This document shows positions 1 to 12,200 of a stretch of 64,000 nucleotides of DNA, piece by piece. The DNA comes from Ascidiella aspersa (taxonomy: Eukaryota), in contig OZ004615.1 in assembly GCA_963924565.1 (NCBI GenBank), forward strand, positions 14,508,001 to 14,572,000, given 5' to 3'. Position 1 is the first letter of the stretch; the number at the start of each line of letters is the position of its first letter. The position numbers and the translations under genes were made by a program. Below the pieces are notes generated by a model. The model was given only the letters and a program-made list of their open reading frames with translations. It made no database searches and had not been told where the DNA came from.

Positions 1-251
1 TGTCAGATACACTTAACATTTTAAACATTCTACCTTGGTCTTAAAAGGGTTTATTTAGCAATAATTTACATAAAGTTTGAGCAACGCAAATCACTCGCGT
101 GAAGAACCGACTAATTTTGTGCATCCCGCTTGTATATTCCTCTTTTGATAAAATTGACAATTAAATCCGACAAAAGTTTGTACAGTATATGTAATAACAA
201 AATTGTAGGACATTTTAAATTCGTTTTAAAGGACTACATTTTGCTCGACAG

Positions 252-3200
252 CTTACATCGAACAGTCTTCAGGTGTGTTCGCTTGAAGAGTCCTTGGAGA
301 GTTGCAAAAGCGAACTTTCGGTATACGTCAACCAGCTTGGCCAGACTCACACCAGCTTCCAACAACAGGTCGCCGCAAAATGCTCGCAGGTGCGTATTGC
401 CTTTAGGAACTTTATTATTACTAAATACATTTGTTTTTTGTATCGATTTTCGGGTAGCATTCATTAAAGTCGAGACTTTAAATCCGAGCAACTGTACACC
501 GAAAGCCATCGCAGACTCACCGAATCTGTTGATCTATGATGCAAGCAGAGCAGACTAGAAAAACAACTAGCCTGCAGTGAGGTTCGAACTCACGACCTCC
601 GGTCAAGCCGGGACCGTCGCTCTACCAACTGAGCTATACAGGCTCAGAAGGGAACGAGTCGAGAAACAACCATACGCTAATGCTTGCTCAATCTGTTAGT
701 ACAAGCAACCTCATTGAAGGGGATCCACAGTACCATATCATTTATTCTATGAAACATTCACACAAATGTGAAGGGCTTCGAAGGGCTAGATCTCAGCTAT
801 TAACACACATTTGTGTGAATGTTTCAACGAGCAACTGTTTAGATTTTGTCGAAATTGGTTGCAATAATCTCACTGGTCTGTGACTCCAGAGTGAAAAAAA
901 TATATGAAAGTTTAGGTAAAATTATGGTATTAGTCTCTATTTACCTCTATTTACTTTGTTTTATTGAGTATATTTAAGAACCCATAATCATCAACACTAA
1001 TTCATGCTCCCTTAAAAATATATTTTTGTCAATTGAAGACAAATCTGCACAAACTTTCGCTTCGTGCTAAACTTGTTTGGCTTTATGGTAGCATATGTTT
1101 CAGGACGCTTTGTTTTTTAAATTTGTTTTATCATGATTGCACTTCAAATTTAAAATGTTTGTCGATTTAAATTAGATTTTTATTTTCTTTCCAAGCGCCA
1201 AATTTGTTAAACCCTCGACGTAAATTTATTTAAACTACATTTAAGTTGCTCAGTTTATGTCGTGATTTTCCAAAGCCATATTTTATAGTTGTTATGCCGT
1301 CTCCCAACAAGCATCTTAAATCAAACCCCTGTTCTGTTGTAACATCGGGAGCGTTTAAAAAATCTGTCGACCCAAAAGGGGCGCTAGTACAAAGGTTGGG
1401 AAACGCTGTTTAAAAAGTAATTTTTGAAACATGATTGTAAATTTTTAAGGTATGAAGATCGTTCAGATTGTGTTTTAAAGCTGTGTATAACAAAATCACA
1501 CGGAAAAGTCATTAGTCTTTGCGATGGTTATTATGTGTAATTTTATCCTTGTTATGCGTCATTTTAAAATCAGACCTACAATCACAGCTATCCTCCATTT
1601 TTTTCTTTTTTTTGGAACACACAAAAAGATCAAAAATCGTTTAAATAAGATCTAAAGCTGTCGAAATGTAAATTATTTGGAATAAGGCCTAAATGGCTCA
1701 AATAACCCCGAATGCTGTAGGTAGAGGGTATTGGACAATTAGGGGACACCTGTATAGCATCGACCGTTTTTGTGTTGATCTTTGGACGCCCTAGTTTGGC
1801 CGGCGCAGTTGGGGTGCCGGATTGTTTGTCTCTGTTTGTTTGGGGTTAGTGGGTTGAGGGGAATGGTAGGGGTTAGAAATTGGGTTAGGGTTAAAATTAT
1901 TAGGGAAGTTAGTGTTGTCGTAAGTGGTAGGGTTTGGGGTAGGTAAATAGTTGTATAGGCCTGATGCTGACCATTTAAGTCTTATTCCGACGGATTTGGG
2001 ACCTATTCCGATTCAGACGGTTATTACAACTATTATGGGTATTAGGCCTATTTTAGTCGATGTTGTTTTTATTTCGGTTAATGGTTGAAGTTTGATCTAG
2101 ACGTTATTACAAGTAATACATTTATCGTTACGTTATAATTTGTGTTAATGTATAGGGGTGTTCTGTAACAAGTTAAAGACATAAATAATGCTGCGTTCAG
2201 TGACTAAAAGGAAATAATATTATACTGTACCTAATTTACCAAGCAGGTGTTATAGTTTACATATTTTATTAGAATATATAGTGAATTTGTATTATCACAG
2301 ATTGCTCGTCTGGAAAGCGAGGCTAAACTCGCACAGAGCGCTATTCTGGAGGAGAGTAGGAAAAGAGTGCAACTCGAAGGAGCACTCCAGGAGCGCCACG
2401 TGATGATAGAGCAGGCTGCATCACGCATCGCTGAGCTCGAGGAGTCCCAGACGACACTTCAATCTAAGGTAAGTCTGACCATCAACTTTATGCGTAAAAT
2501 TAAATAAATTCAAAAATGTAGGAAGTTTTAAAATCTATTGGTTGTTTAAAAAAAAGATGAGTCAAAATCGGCAAATAATCGGTACCTTAGGCGTACGAAA
2601 GCGACGTTGTGCTTGTACTTTAAAAACTTGAATAGAACAAGAAGTAGGAGCTGCATCAAATAGGGAAAAAGAGCCGCACAAGGCTTGTGTTACCCACCGG
2701 TTGGCCACCCCCACTGCAGTACACTAAAAATAAGGATGAAATCTCTTAACCTTATAGATAGTGTTTTATAACGTGTACGATCGAGTAGAACTGAAAATTA
2801 CTGGACCCGATCCGACACTAAACTTTTATCAGTGTACAATAATTTATTAATAACACAGTGGCTTCAAGGTTGGGCTTAAGCGCTCGCCCGCTCGCCAATG
2901 CGAGTGCAAATCGCTCCTGGCGAGTGCTGATTGACACCCACTCGCCCGACTGGCGAGTGGCTTCGGCGAGATATTTAATTAGTTGGTGTAGGTAGGACAA
3001 CTTGTGTTAAGCACCACTAAAGCAAAATATTACTTATCGCCAGTTATAATACGGTTAATCGAAGTCAGTCACATTCGAAACTCGCAAAAAAAACTCTTTG
3101 TCCCGTTTTAAATAATCGTTTACCGGCAAACAATCAAAGACGTCATTGCTGCAGTGTTAGATAGTTATGAGGTTGATTGTTTAACTTAAACGTTGTTAAT

Positions 3201-6200
3201 TTTTAAATGTTTAACCGCATCGTTGACGCCTTTGAAAAAGTTTATTGGACTTACGATGTACCCAGCGATAATAATCTTACTTTATTGTATTGATTGAATT
3301 GTTTGTATACGAAAATTATAAGCAATTGCTGCAGTTTTGGTAACAATAAGTTCTAATAATAGTTGTAAGCAGTGTGTTTTAAAATATTGCCTACTTGCGC
3401 AACTATAGCTTAGAATTGGCAAATAGTCTACTCTACGTAAGTTCATGTGGGACGTCCGCTAGCCAAAGCTTAAAATAAACTGTCTGTAAATCATTTATTT
3501 TGCAATTACTGTATGTTTAGATACGAATCGAAAGCATTGCGGACGTCCTTGGAAAATTGAAACGACCCACTTTGGGGCGTCGCGTAGCACAGAACCTCTT
3601 GTGCATATGGTTGTGAACTTTGCGAATAAATGGTTTAGTTAGAAATTTACAATTATTTTCAACCAGTAACTTAGTGTTGGGAGAAATGTGGTGTTTTGTT
3701 TGTGGCGCGAAGTAACCTGCGGTGGAACGTCCTTTAGACACAGAAAAACCAGAATATGAAAACCAGAAAGCGCGAGGATTTAAAAAAAATGGAAAACAGG
3801 GAAGCCGTGGCTACTAAATTGTCAGTATTATTTTTTTCACTAAATACTGTAAAAATACTAAAAAACATTGTTTTAGGCGTAAACTGCTTTACGGGTCTTT
3901 AATTTGTTCATCCATGCATGGAAATAAACGACCAGACACTTGTAGAAACTGTAAGACAGGTTATTGATAACCCAAGAAATGACCGCGCTAGGACGTAAAT
4001 TTGCAGACGGCGTGCCAACAAATTTGGCGAGTGTTATTCCAACCGGGCGAGTGCTGATTGATAGCCGCTCGCCAGGCTGGCGAGTGTAAATTTTTGCTTA
4101 GGAACAACCCTGGGCTTACTCGAATGGCATTTATATCTTAATTCGAATAAATAAGAAAAAAAAGTAAACAAAGGTCGGCTTCTTTCGGGGTAGTAACACC
4201 AACTGCCGTGAGGGCAACTACAATGTCAAGGCATCTCGTGCTTGGTTAGCTTCGACTGCAAGTAATAGAATGATTACATCAACAAAATAATGTTAATACA
4301 TTTTCATAGAAACCTTAGTGTATGTCGCTGGCGTACGTGCTGAAAATAAATGACTGAACATTGTAATGCAAACCTGTATTGTAATTATATTAGTCTTCAA
4401 AAGAATTGTAAAACCTCTCTGGTTTGTAATGTTCGAGAAGATTTTACCAATGTAAAGTTGTGCTGTGGCCTACAAGTAATACAATAAGTTCCCTGACAAC
4501 AACTCTAAACATTAAACATGAAGCTCGATGTCCATTACTTTCTGGCTCGAACTAAACACAAATATTGTTGAAAGCTTGTGTTCAATGTGCCACCATAGGT
4601 CATTTGCTTACACGAACATCGTACATACTGCTGGTTCATTTTACCCCAATATCTCGCATTTCATAAGAAAGATCATAGAGTTTTAAAAACCTCAACTTGG
4701 CTCGCTTGAAGTTTGAATAATTTTCGAAACCTAAACAATATGAATGCCATGATCAACACATTAACAAAACGTTTGCCCTTTGATTGTTAATTTATCATGC
4801 GACAGCCTTTAGGGATGTCAGCATATTCACCGAAAATTGGTTTGATTTAAGTGACGAGGCGCCTTGTTTCGCGATTTCATGCCGCTGCAAGTTGTATTTG
4901 TTATCCACAAAAAGGTCGGAACGCTGGAGCAGCGTCTGTCGCGCGAAGATGCGAGCAACAAGTGCCTCGTGCAGGAAATGGATGATAAACTGCGCATCGC
5001 CTGCCACGAGCTTGACAGCAAGAAGAACGAGTTCCGGGAGCTAAACGAGGCACTCAAGTCAGTTCCAAAGCGTTTTTACTTTGTTTTTTTTTCTTTCCCG
5101 AAAATCACATCGCCAGCGACAACGTTAAACTTTTTTTTCTGTTTGTTAGCTGTTTAATCAGATAATATAATCATACCCTATGGTGTATGTTCCATTTCGT
5201 GTATTTTTCTAATCCGCAATTAAAAGCAGAACGTAGGCCAAACATTTTCCAAAATACCCAATTTGTATTACAAATAGGCATACAGCTAAGCACAAATACC
5301 CGAGTGTACACTATCGCTAAATCAGTAAACCGATAAAATTATGGTTACTAGGGCGATTATTTTTTTACTTGATGAAAAAAGTCAATTTTGTCAAACTTTA
5401 TACGTTAGGTCAAAATTCTAAGCGTTTAAGTGACAAAAACTATAGTGGGCTCTTTGAAATTCTTGGTTGAAACGTTATTAACAAATAACAAACGACGCCA
5501 AGAGTTTAATGATATGCGATGCTTCATACAACAACGTGTTGTTTAAATCAGTGTTTTCCCAAAAGGTCACAACATTGACAAAATAAATTATTTTCAAGTC
5601 AAAATTTGTCAAAATTGGAATTTAATATGTCTAAATTTCATTTTTGTTTTAAAAAATAACCGCCCTAGTTATTACATAACACCTTGCCGTGTGGATAGGT
5701 TAATTGTTAAGCTATAACTGTGAGAACCACTGCTTTAAAGCCGCCGATGTTTTTAGGACAGTGGACGAGGAGTTTGAGCAATGCAAGGAGCAGCTCGTCT
5801 CTATCGAAGATCACGTGACCGAATTGACGCGGGAAAACAATGACAAGTCAAATGAACTCGAGCGTGTCCAGTTCGAGTGGAAGGAAATGAAGGGAAAGTT
5901 GGAAGAAAAAATTGAACAGGGTTAGTAGTGGTTTTTCTTTGTCCATCATGAAAAAATCTTTTTAGATTGATATCGATGTTTCAATTTCAACCGATAGATT
6001 TATAATTTATATGTGGAATTATCTCATCATTAAAATATAAGCTGCTACACTACAAACTGTAAACGTTAGGCTGGTTGTATGTGAATAGCGTCACTTCTCT
6101 CTTCTGCCAATTCATTTAATTGTGCCTAGGATGGCAAATATATTATATATACAAGAAACATAGATAGAAAAATAAAATTTAGCTAATAAAGAACGAACCT

Positions 6201-9200
6201 GTAACGTACCCATTTATCGTCACTTAAGTATGGTCAAATAACGATTTGCGCCCATTTCTTTCCTTGCAGTAAAACATTTTTTTAATATTTTACTTTGGTG
6301 ACCGCCGTTTTTAAGAGACCGCAACGAACCTCTTACAAATACTAACTGTTAATTCTCTGCTGCAGTTAGGCAATATTTTAGGGCTAAATTTTCGTTATTT
6401 TAAGGCCCCAAAATACTGTTGTTAATTAATATTTTAGACTTGGACTTTGTAGGCATTAGAAGGTAATTTTGGTCACAATGCTTTACAGTATACGTTGCTT
6501 AGAGCAATACTTTATTATGGAATGTGTCGCTTTCTTTCGCCCAACGACCTTCTTTGGTATTACTTACTCGGCACATTTTTGTAGGGCACCAGAATATGTT
6601 CAGATCAAGCGACCTTCTCCGGCACGATTATTTCGAACATATTAGAGCCTAATTCTTTCTGCAACAATTTGCAAAACTCGTATCGTATCTTGTCCGACAG
6701 GATACTTTTGCTGGCGAACACATTCCAGAGTTCACTGACTCAAAGATCGGACGCGGATTACATATTTTCTCTCCTTGCCGACTCTCGGCCTTATCTGTCA
6801 CTTACACTGCCTTTTAATTGCTCGAACAAGATTGGAACCTTGTCCAACCGAATGACTTGTAGCGATTTCGTGTTAAACAGCCATGAACAACTAGTACTGC
6901 CCGTGTGTCAGCAGTATATGCTGGTAAAAAACTTCGATTTAATATAATCGCAAAAATGTCACATTAAAGCTTAGTAGGACTGTAAAAAAATGAGCGCATA
7001 ACAAAAGTATTCATTGAGTAATGCAACTCAATAACTGGTCATTGTTATTCCTCAATTATTTACCTACCGCCCATACTCTTGTGTAACACCACGCATTTTA
7101 AGTGTATTAAAAAGGCTACTCAGGTATGTTTTTTTTATCATGTGGCCCAATTTGCACGAATGTAGCAATAGTAGACATTTATTTTTTTTCTAAGATTTTT
7201 TGCTGTGAGATATACCTTTTTCAAGAATGAATCGAAATGAATTGTTTTTGCGGTTAATGTTATTAGTAAAACATACTTAACATGATATCATTTGATTTTC
7301 TTCTCCCAGTGTCTACAATAGAAGAGAGGCTGGCAAGCACTGAACGAGAACTGAATAAATCTCAAGATAAATGTTGCGACTTGGAAGAAGAACTTACGCA
7401 ACAGAAGATCGAGTTCGGGGTCAGTGAAGAAAATGTTTAACTACTATTTCAAGAAATCAGTGCATTTATTTTGTTTAATACGAATTAACTTTTTTTTAGT
7501 ATAGCTTTACATTTTTAAGTCGCGATTCGAGAAACACTAAAAAAATGTGTTTCTAAGAATTAAATAAAACTCTGACTGTCTAGCTTGTGTTTATGCACAA
7601 ATTTACATAATCATGAGCATTGCGTTTTGTACGAATTAAATTATATTTTGAACTTCCGATTCTGTTAACTTTTACGTACTTCACAAGGACGAAAGTCGTC
7701 GATTAGAAGAACTTCAAAGCGAACTTGAAACTTGTCTGGGCGAGTCCAGAGAAATGGAGCACGCAATCAAACACCTGCACGAAACAAAAAGGTCGGTTGC
7801 TGTTTAGCTATAGTTGGCAAAATATCGTTAGAATATATCAGTATATTCGCATTGTTTCGAGTATTTCACTTTCTCTCACAACGCTGTTTTTTTTTATGTG
7901 GGAACAAAAAAACGCCTTTGTTATTTTGCGGGCTGAATTGTTTCCTCGCGAGAATGGAACGAGTTCCGTGCAAAGGAAAGACGCGTCTCCGCTACAGATC
8001 ACTGCTCTTGATTAAGTGCGAACCCGGCAGTTTGACTTGCGCAAAGATTTTTCATACGCCCGACAAACATTGTTTGGCTGGATTAGTTTGAGACTTGTAT
8101 TATTAATAAAGGATTTTTTTTCATAAAAATTGGAATAATTATTTTAGGCATCAGGTAAATCTGAGTTATACACATTTAGAAACGTCAAGTGTGATTTCTT
8201 TGATGTAATTGCCTATAAGGCAGGGGTTCTCAAAATAATTTGAGCTGCGTACCCTTTCGATTTATCTGCATGTATGGCGCACCCCTTAAAATTAATGAAT
8301 TTAAAACAGATAAGTTGAAATTCACTACAGCAGATAAGTTCAAATTCACTACAGTTATTGTAGTCGCGGCCAGTAAAGCAATGTAACAGCTCATTCGTTA
8401 CGAAGCATACGACAGGACTCTTAAGGGTTAGAAATGTCAAAAAACAAAACAAATGTCCAACGTCGAACAAAACGATGTTTAAAGTGAGGAGATTTGATTG
8501 CCTGCTACCTATGATAGCGTTCCAATTGCAGTAATCGTCTGCTATACTTATAGTAGCATTCTAATAACAGTGAAGTACGCTGCACTTTGTAAGCTTACAC
8601 TTTTCTTACGCTCGTCATACAAGCGTTCGCAACGATTGCATCAAATTACTAGTAATATATGTGTCGCAATATATTTTTCCAGCATGAATTTTAAGACGTA
8701 AATTTACCTATCTTTACCCGAGTCTGTTACTTTTTTTTAGCTACTGGTAAACAATATGGCTGCAACAAAAATAGCGTAACTTGTCATTGTTGGAACAGTA
8801 CAAACGGTACTAAAATAAACAGCTGCCTAAATTGTTGTTTTAGAATTATGAAACGCGATTTACAGCAGTGTCCAGACTGATTTGTGATTTAATAGGCCCG
8901 CTCCACGATAAAACTTAATCGGAACCGCGTGCTTGTAGTGTAGGCGTTCATTGCCTATTAACGCATTAAAACTTTTGATTGCAGTTCGGTTGGCAAACTG
9001 TAGATGCAGTAGTAAAAACAGATGCATCTAGCGCAAAATACAAAGTTATAACTACTTCTGGCAGACACTGGTTTATAAAAATCGTAATTCAAAAACGTAT
9101 TTTCGAATAATTATAAAACGCATCTTCTGCCAAATGAGAATGCGTAAATGCGTATTCACTACTTTAATCAGTTAGAAAATCGGTCTTGCGTGTGAACATT

Positions 9201-12200
9201 TAAAAATATTCCAATGTAGGTTTCTAAATGCCTCAAAAAACTTTTTTCATGACGGGGCCTGTAGTCCTCGGAAAGTTTATCTTAGTTTAACTGTATCGAG
9301 TTATTTTAGAATACCGCGCATTTTCGTTTCGCTTAATTTTTGCATTTGACGTCATCAATTTTTATTACGAAATTACGATTTGCGTCTTTACGTATAGTTC
9401 GATGCACTTTAAACTTATAAAGCACACGACTTAAAAAGCTTCACATAACTTTATAACTTTTTTGAATGGGGAAAACATCAATCGCTTTTATGCCGACCTG
9501 TACAATTTGATTTTTTGTTTTGTTTAAGTGGTAATATAAAATTCATCATTAAACAGTAAAAGTGTAATGCTTCATTAATGCAAACTGTACTAGTGCATAT
9601 TAACGTTTTCAATTAAAAATCCGTAAGTTTCAAATTGGAAACCAAGACCTCTGCGCTGTTTGAGGATTCGACGCAGGCACGCAGCTGCAAACTTTCCCTG
9701 TCAGGAAATCCTGGATTTTGTGACGAATTATTCATCGAGGCCACAATTCAAAGCAAGTAAAAACACATGTGTGTTTAAAATTTGTCTACCCTTTTTCCGA
9801 GCGGAAATCGAAAAGTCTTCGTAAGGTTGTGAGACGACAACAGAGCATTTCAGAGTGCCGCTCGCGTGTTGCTCAGCTTGCGAAGAAGGCAGAATAGGGG
9901 TTGTGGTGTTTGTGTGCGCCGACGTCTGCTAGTTACCAGGCTCATCTGATAGTATAAATACCCCCAGTGTTCAGATTTTGTTAGAGTGCCTCTGGATTGG
10001 CTGTGAGGGTTAGGAAGATTACTGGAATTTTTCGTGAAGGTAAACAGCGAAAGTTTTAAAATTATTTTTTATATTATAGCTTACATTTTGTTAAACATTT
10101 TTGCAATAAATTAACACTTGCTTTTTTTAATTTACAATTTTGTACAGAAATTGTTTTTATTTTATTTTAACACCCTTCATGGGGGTTGTAAAATATAGTT
10201 TGCGAGTCGGTCGTTTTTGTGATATTAAGTTGACATCTAATTTTGTAGCGATTGGTTGGATCATATTTATCTTCCCCTTTTACTTTATTTGGTGTTGTTT
10301 TACTTTCCATTGGTGTTTTTGTGATGTTAAATTAACCGTGACTAAACTTAACATGGCAGACCATATAATATGCCATCTTGAACAGTATCAAGATTTGTAA
10401 CGTAATTAACAACAGGGGAAATGGTCATAATATTAAGTTCCACTAATCCGAATTTTACAATCAAAATAATTTGTTTACAACTAACTAACCGTTGCATAGT
10501 TACTTAAATACCTCTCTCGCTCGTTAACTACGTTCACGCCTACAATGTTAGTGGCAATATGCGAACGTTCAGCGAGAAAACGCATCGTCAGCGTTCCGCC
10601 GGTTCTGCGACAAAAATGTGCCTGCTCATCACACCTATTGAAGCAAAGCCTCGCGAACAGAAGGCGTTGCAGGCCGTCTGAAGTGGCGTGGTCCATTGGA
10701 CAATACCCGTGGCGTAAAGACTGGTCTAATTTGTCACTCGGCTTTTTTATAGCTTTCTATTTTGTGTTTTCTTCACAGTTAATTACACTGTGGCCAACTA
10801 AACGTTGTTAAATTATGAGTGTTGAAAAAGTAACCTTCGTTTTTTATTGAACTGACGTTTGGTTGCTTTGCGTGTTTGTTTTGACACTGTTTTGTTAATG
10901 TTTAGATCGTTAGAATCGGAAGTGGAATGGAAGTCGGCAGAGGTTACGCGACTTGAAAGAATCGTCGAGGAACGCCAGCGTCAACTACATCAGCGTGCCC
11001 AGCAGGTAAAACGCACACGAGAGTTTCTCTGTTCCCATTTGTCGGCGAAAAATCTTGCTGACTGGAGTTGTCGAAAATTTGACCGCGTCAGCATTTTTCT
11101 GAAGACGAGCTGCAGGCCCCACTCGTTCTGAGCGTCGCCCTTGGTGCTCCGGTTTCTTATTTAAACGTAACCGGCGGGTTTGTGAGTGGCTGAATAATTT
11201 GCATTTAAGTCTCCTCGCACTGCGTTGTTGGCAGGGCGTGTAAAGGCATAATAATTCACATATGCCTGATTTAAAGTCACTGTTTTAAAATTACCGCGGT
11301 TGAACATGACTTATTACATGGACTAAAAAACTGTGCCTCTTTAAAAATCTCAAAGTTCCATTTTTTGTTTTGACAGCTTTCCCACATTGACGTTCAAGTC
11401 CAGAACTTCCGCAGCGATGTCGAAAAACGAAATCTCGACTTGGCTGCCAAGCTTGAAACTGCCGAGAATCAACTCAAGGAAAGGAATGGACAGGTGACCT
11501 TCAAATAACCTTTTGCCTGTAAAACAAATCATTAAAGTATGATTTTAGTGAAATTCCCTAGGTTGCGTTTGGCCACTTTACAATTACATTTCCGATTTTC
11601 GGAAAATCTAGCTTTTTAAACCTACGAGAAATTATTTATTCGTTTCGCACAAATTCGTTTTCTAAAAAACTATAAAAATTGTATCTTGATAAGGTGGCGC
11701 ATCTGGACGAGCAACTCGGGACAATGCGTGACGAAATGAGTGAGATACGTCACAAGCTCGATCAAGAGCTGCAAGTGGCGGGCAAGTTGCACAAGGACCT
11801 GGAGAAAAGCGAGACCAGGGTTGCCGAACTGGAGCAGGTACATCACTATCTTGATATGTATATTCAAGTAAAGAAACGAAAGTTGGTGAGGTGTGAAAAG
11901 CAAATCGAGCAAATCAAGTCTGAGCTCAACCAGTTAAATGCGTTAAATGGGGAAAAGGTAAGCATTCCAGCAATGGTCTAAACAGAATATGCAGTTAATT
12001 TAAATCCAATAATTACTTATTCTGACATAAAAATACCAATATTAATTTAATTTCGCGATGTATTTATTGTATTATACAAATTCGCAAAGTTGCATCTCCT
12101 CAGCCTGAAATACCCATAAAGAAATGCTTTGTTTATGAGTCATCCAGTTATTAGCTATGTTGCATTTAGCTTTGCCGCGAAATGCGCAGCATCGACGCTA

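Noticed and set aside
130-558. 142-aa ORF and its overlapping ORFs
   Set aside because: Spans intron, a CCDC18 exon in another frame and a repeat. No recognisable product.
569-643. Functional tRNA-Ala(GGC) gene
   Set aside because: It lacks U33 and purine 37, has extra bases around the anticodon arm, lacks the G3:U70 alanine identity pair, and sits in a TSD-flanked element.
496-827. Hammerhead, twister or HDV-like ribozyme in the element
   Set aside because: No CTGANGA core on either strand. TAATGCTTGC...TACAAGC is twister-like but lacks the closing P2 strand. An Infernal search would be needed to exclude it fully.
1840-1945. Interstitial telomere
   Set aside because: Too degenerate and short. 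Similar cores with shared flanks recur at about 38 kb and 61.6 kb, as expected for a dispersed repeat.
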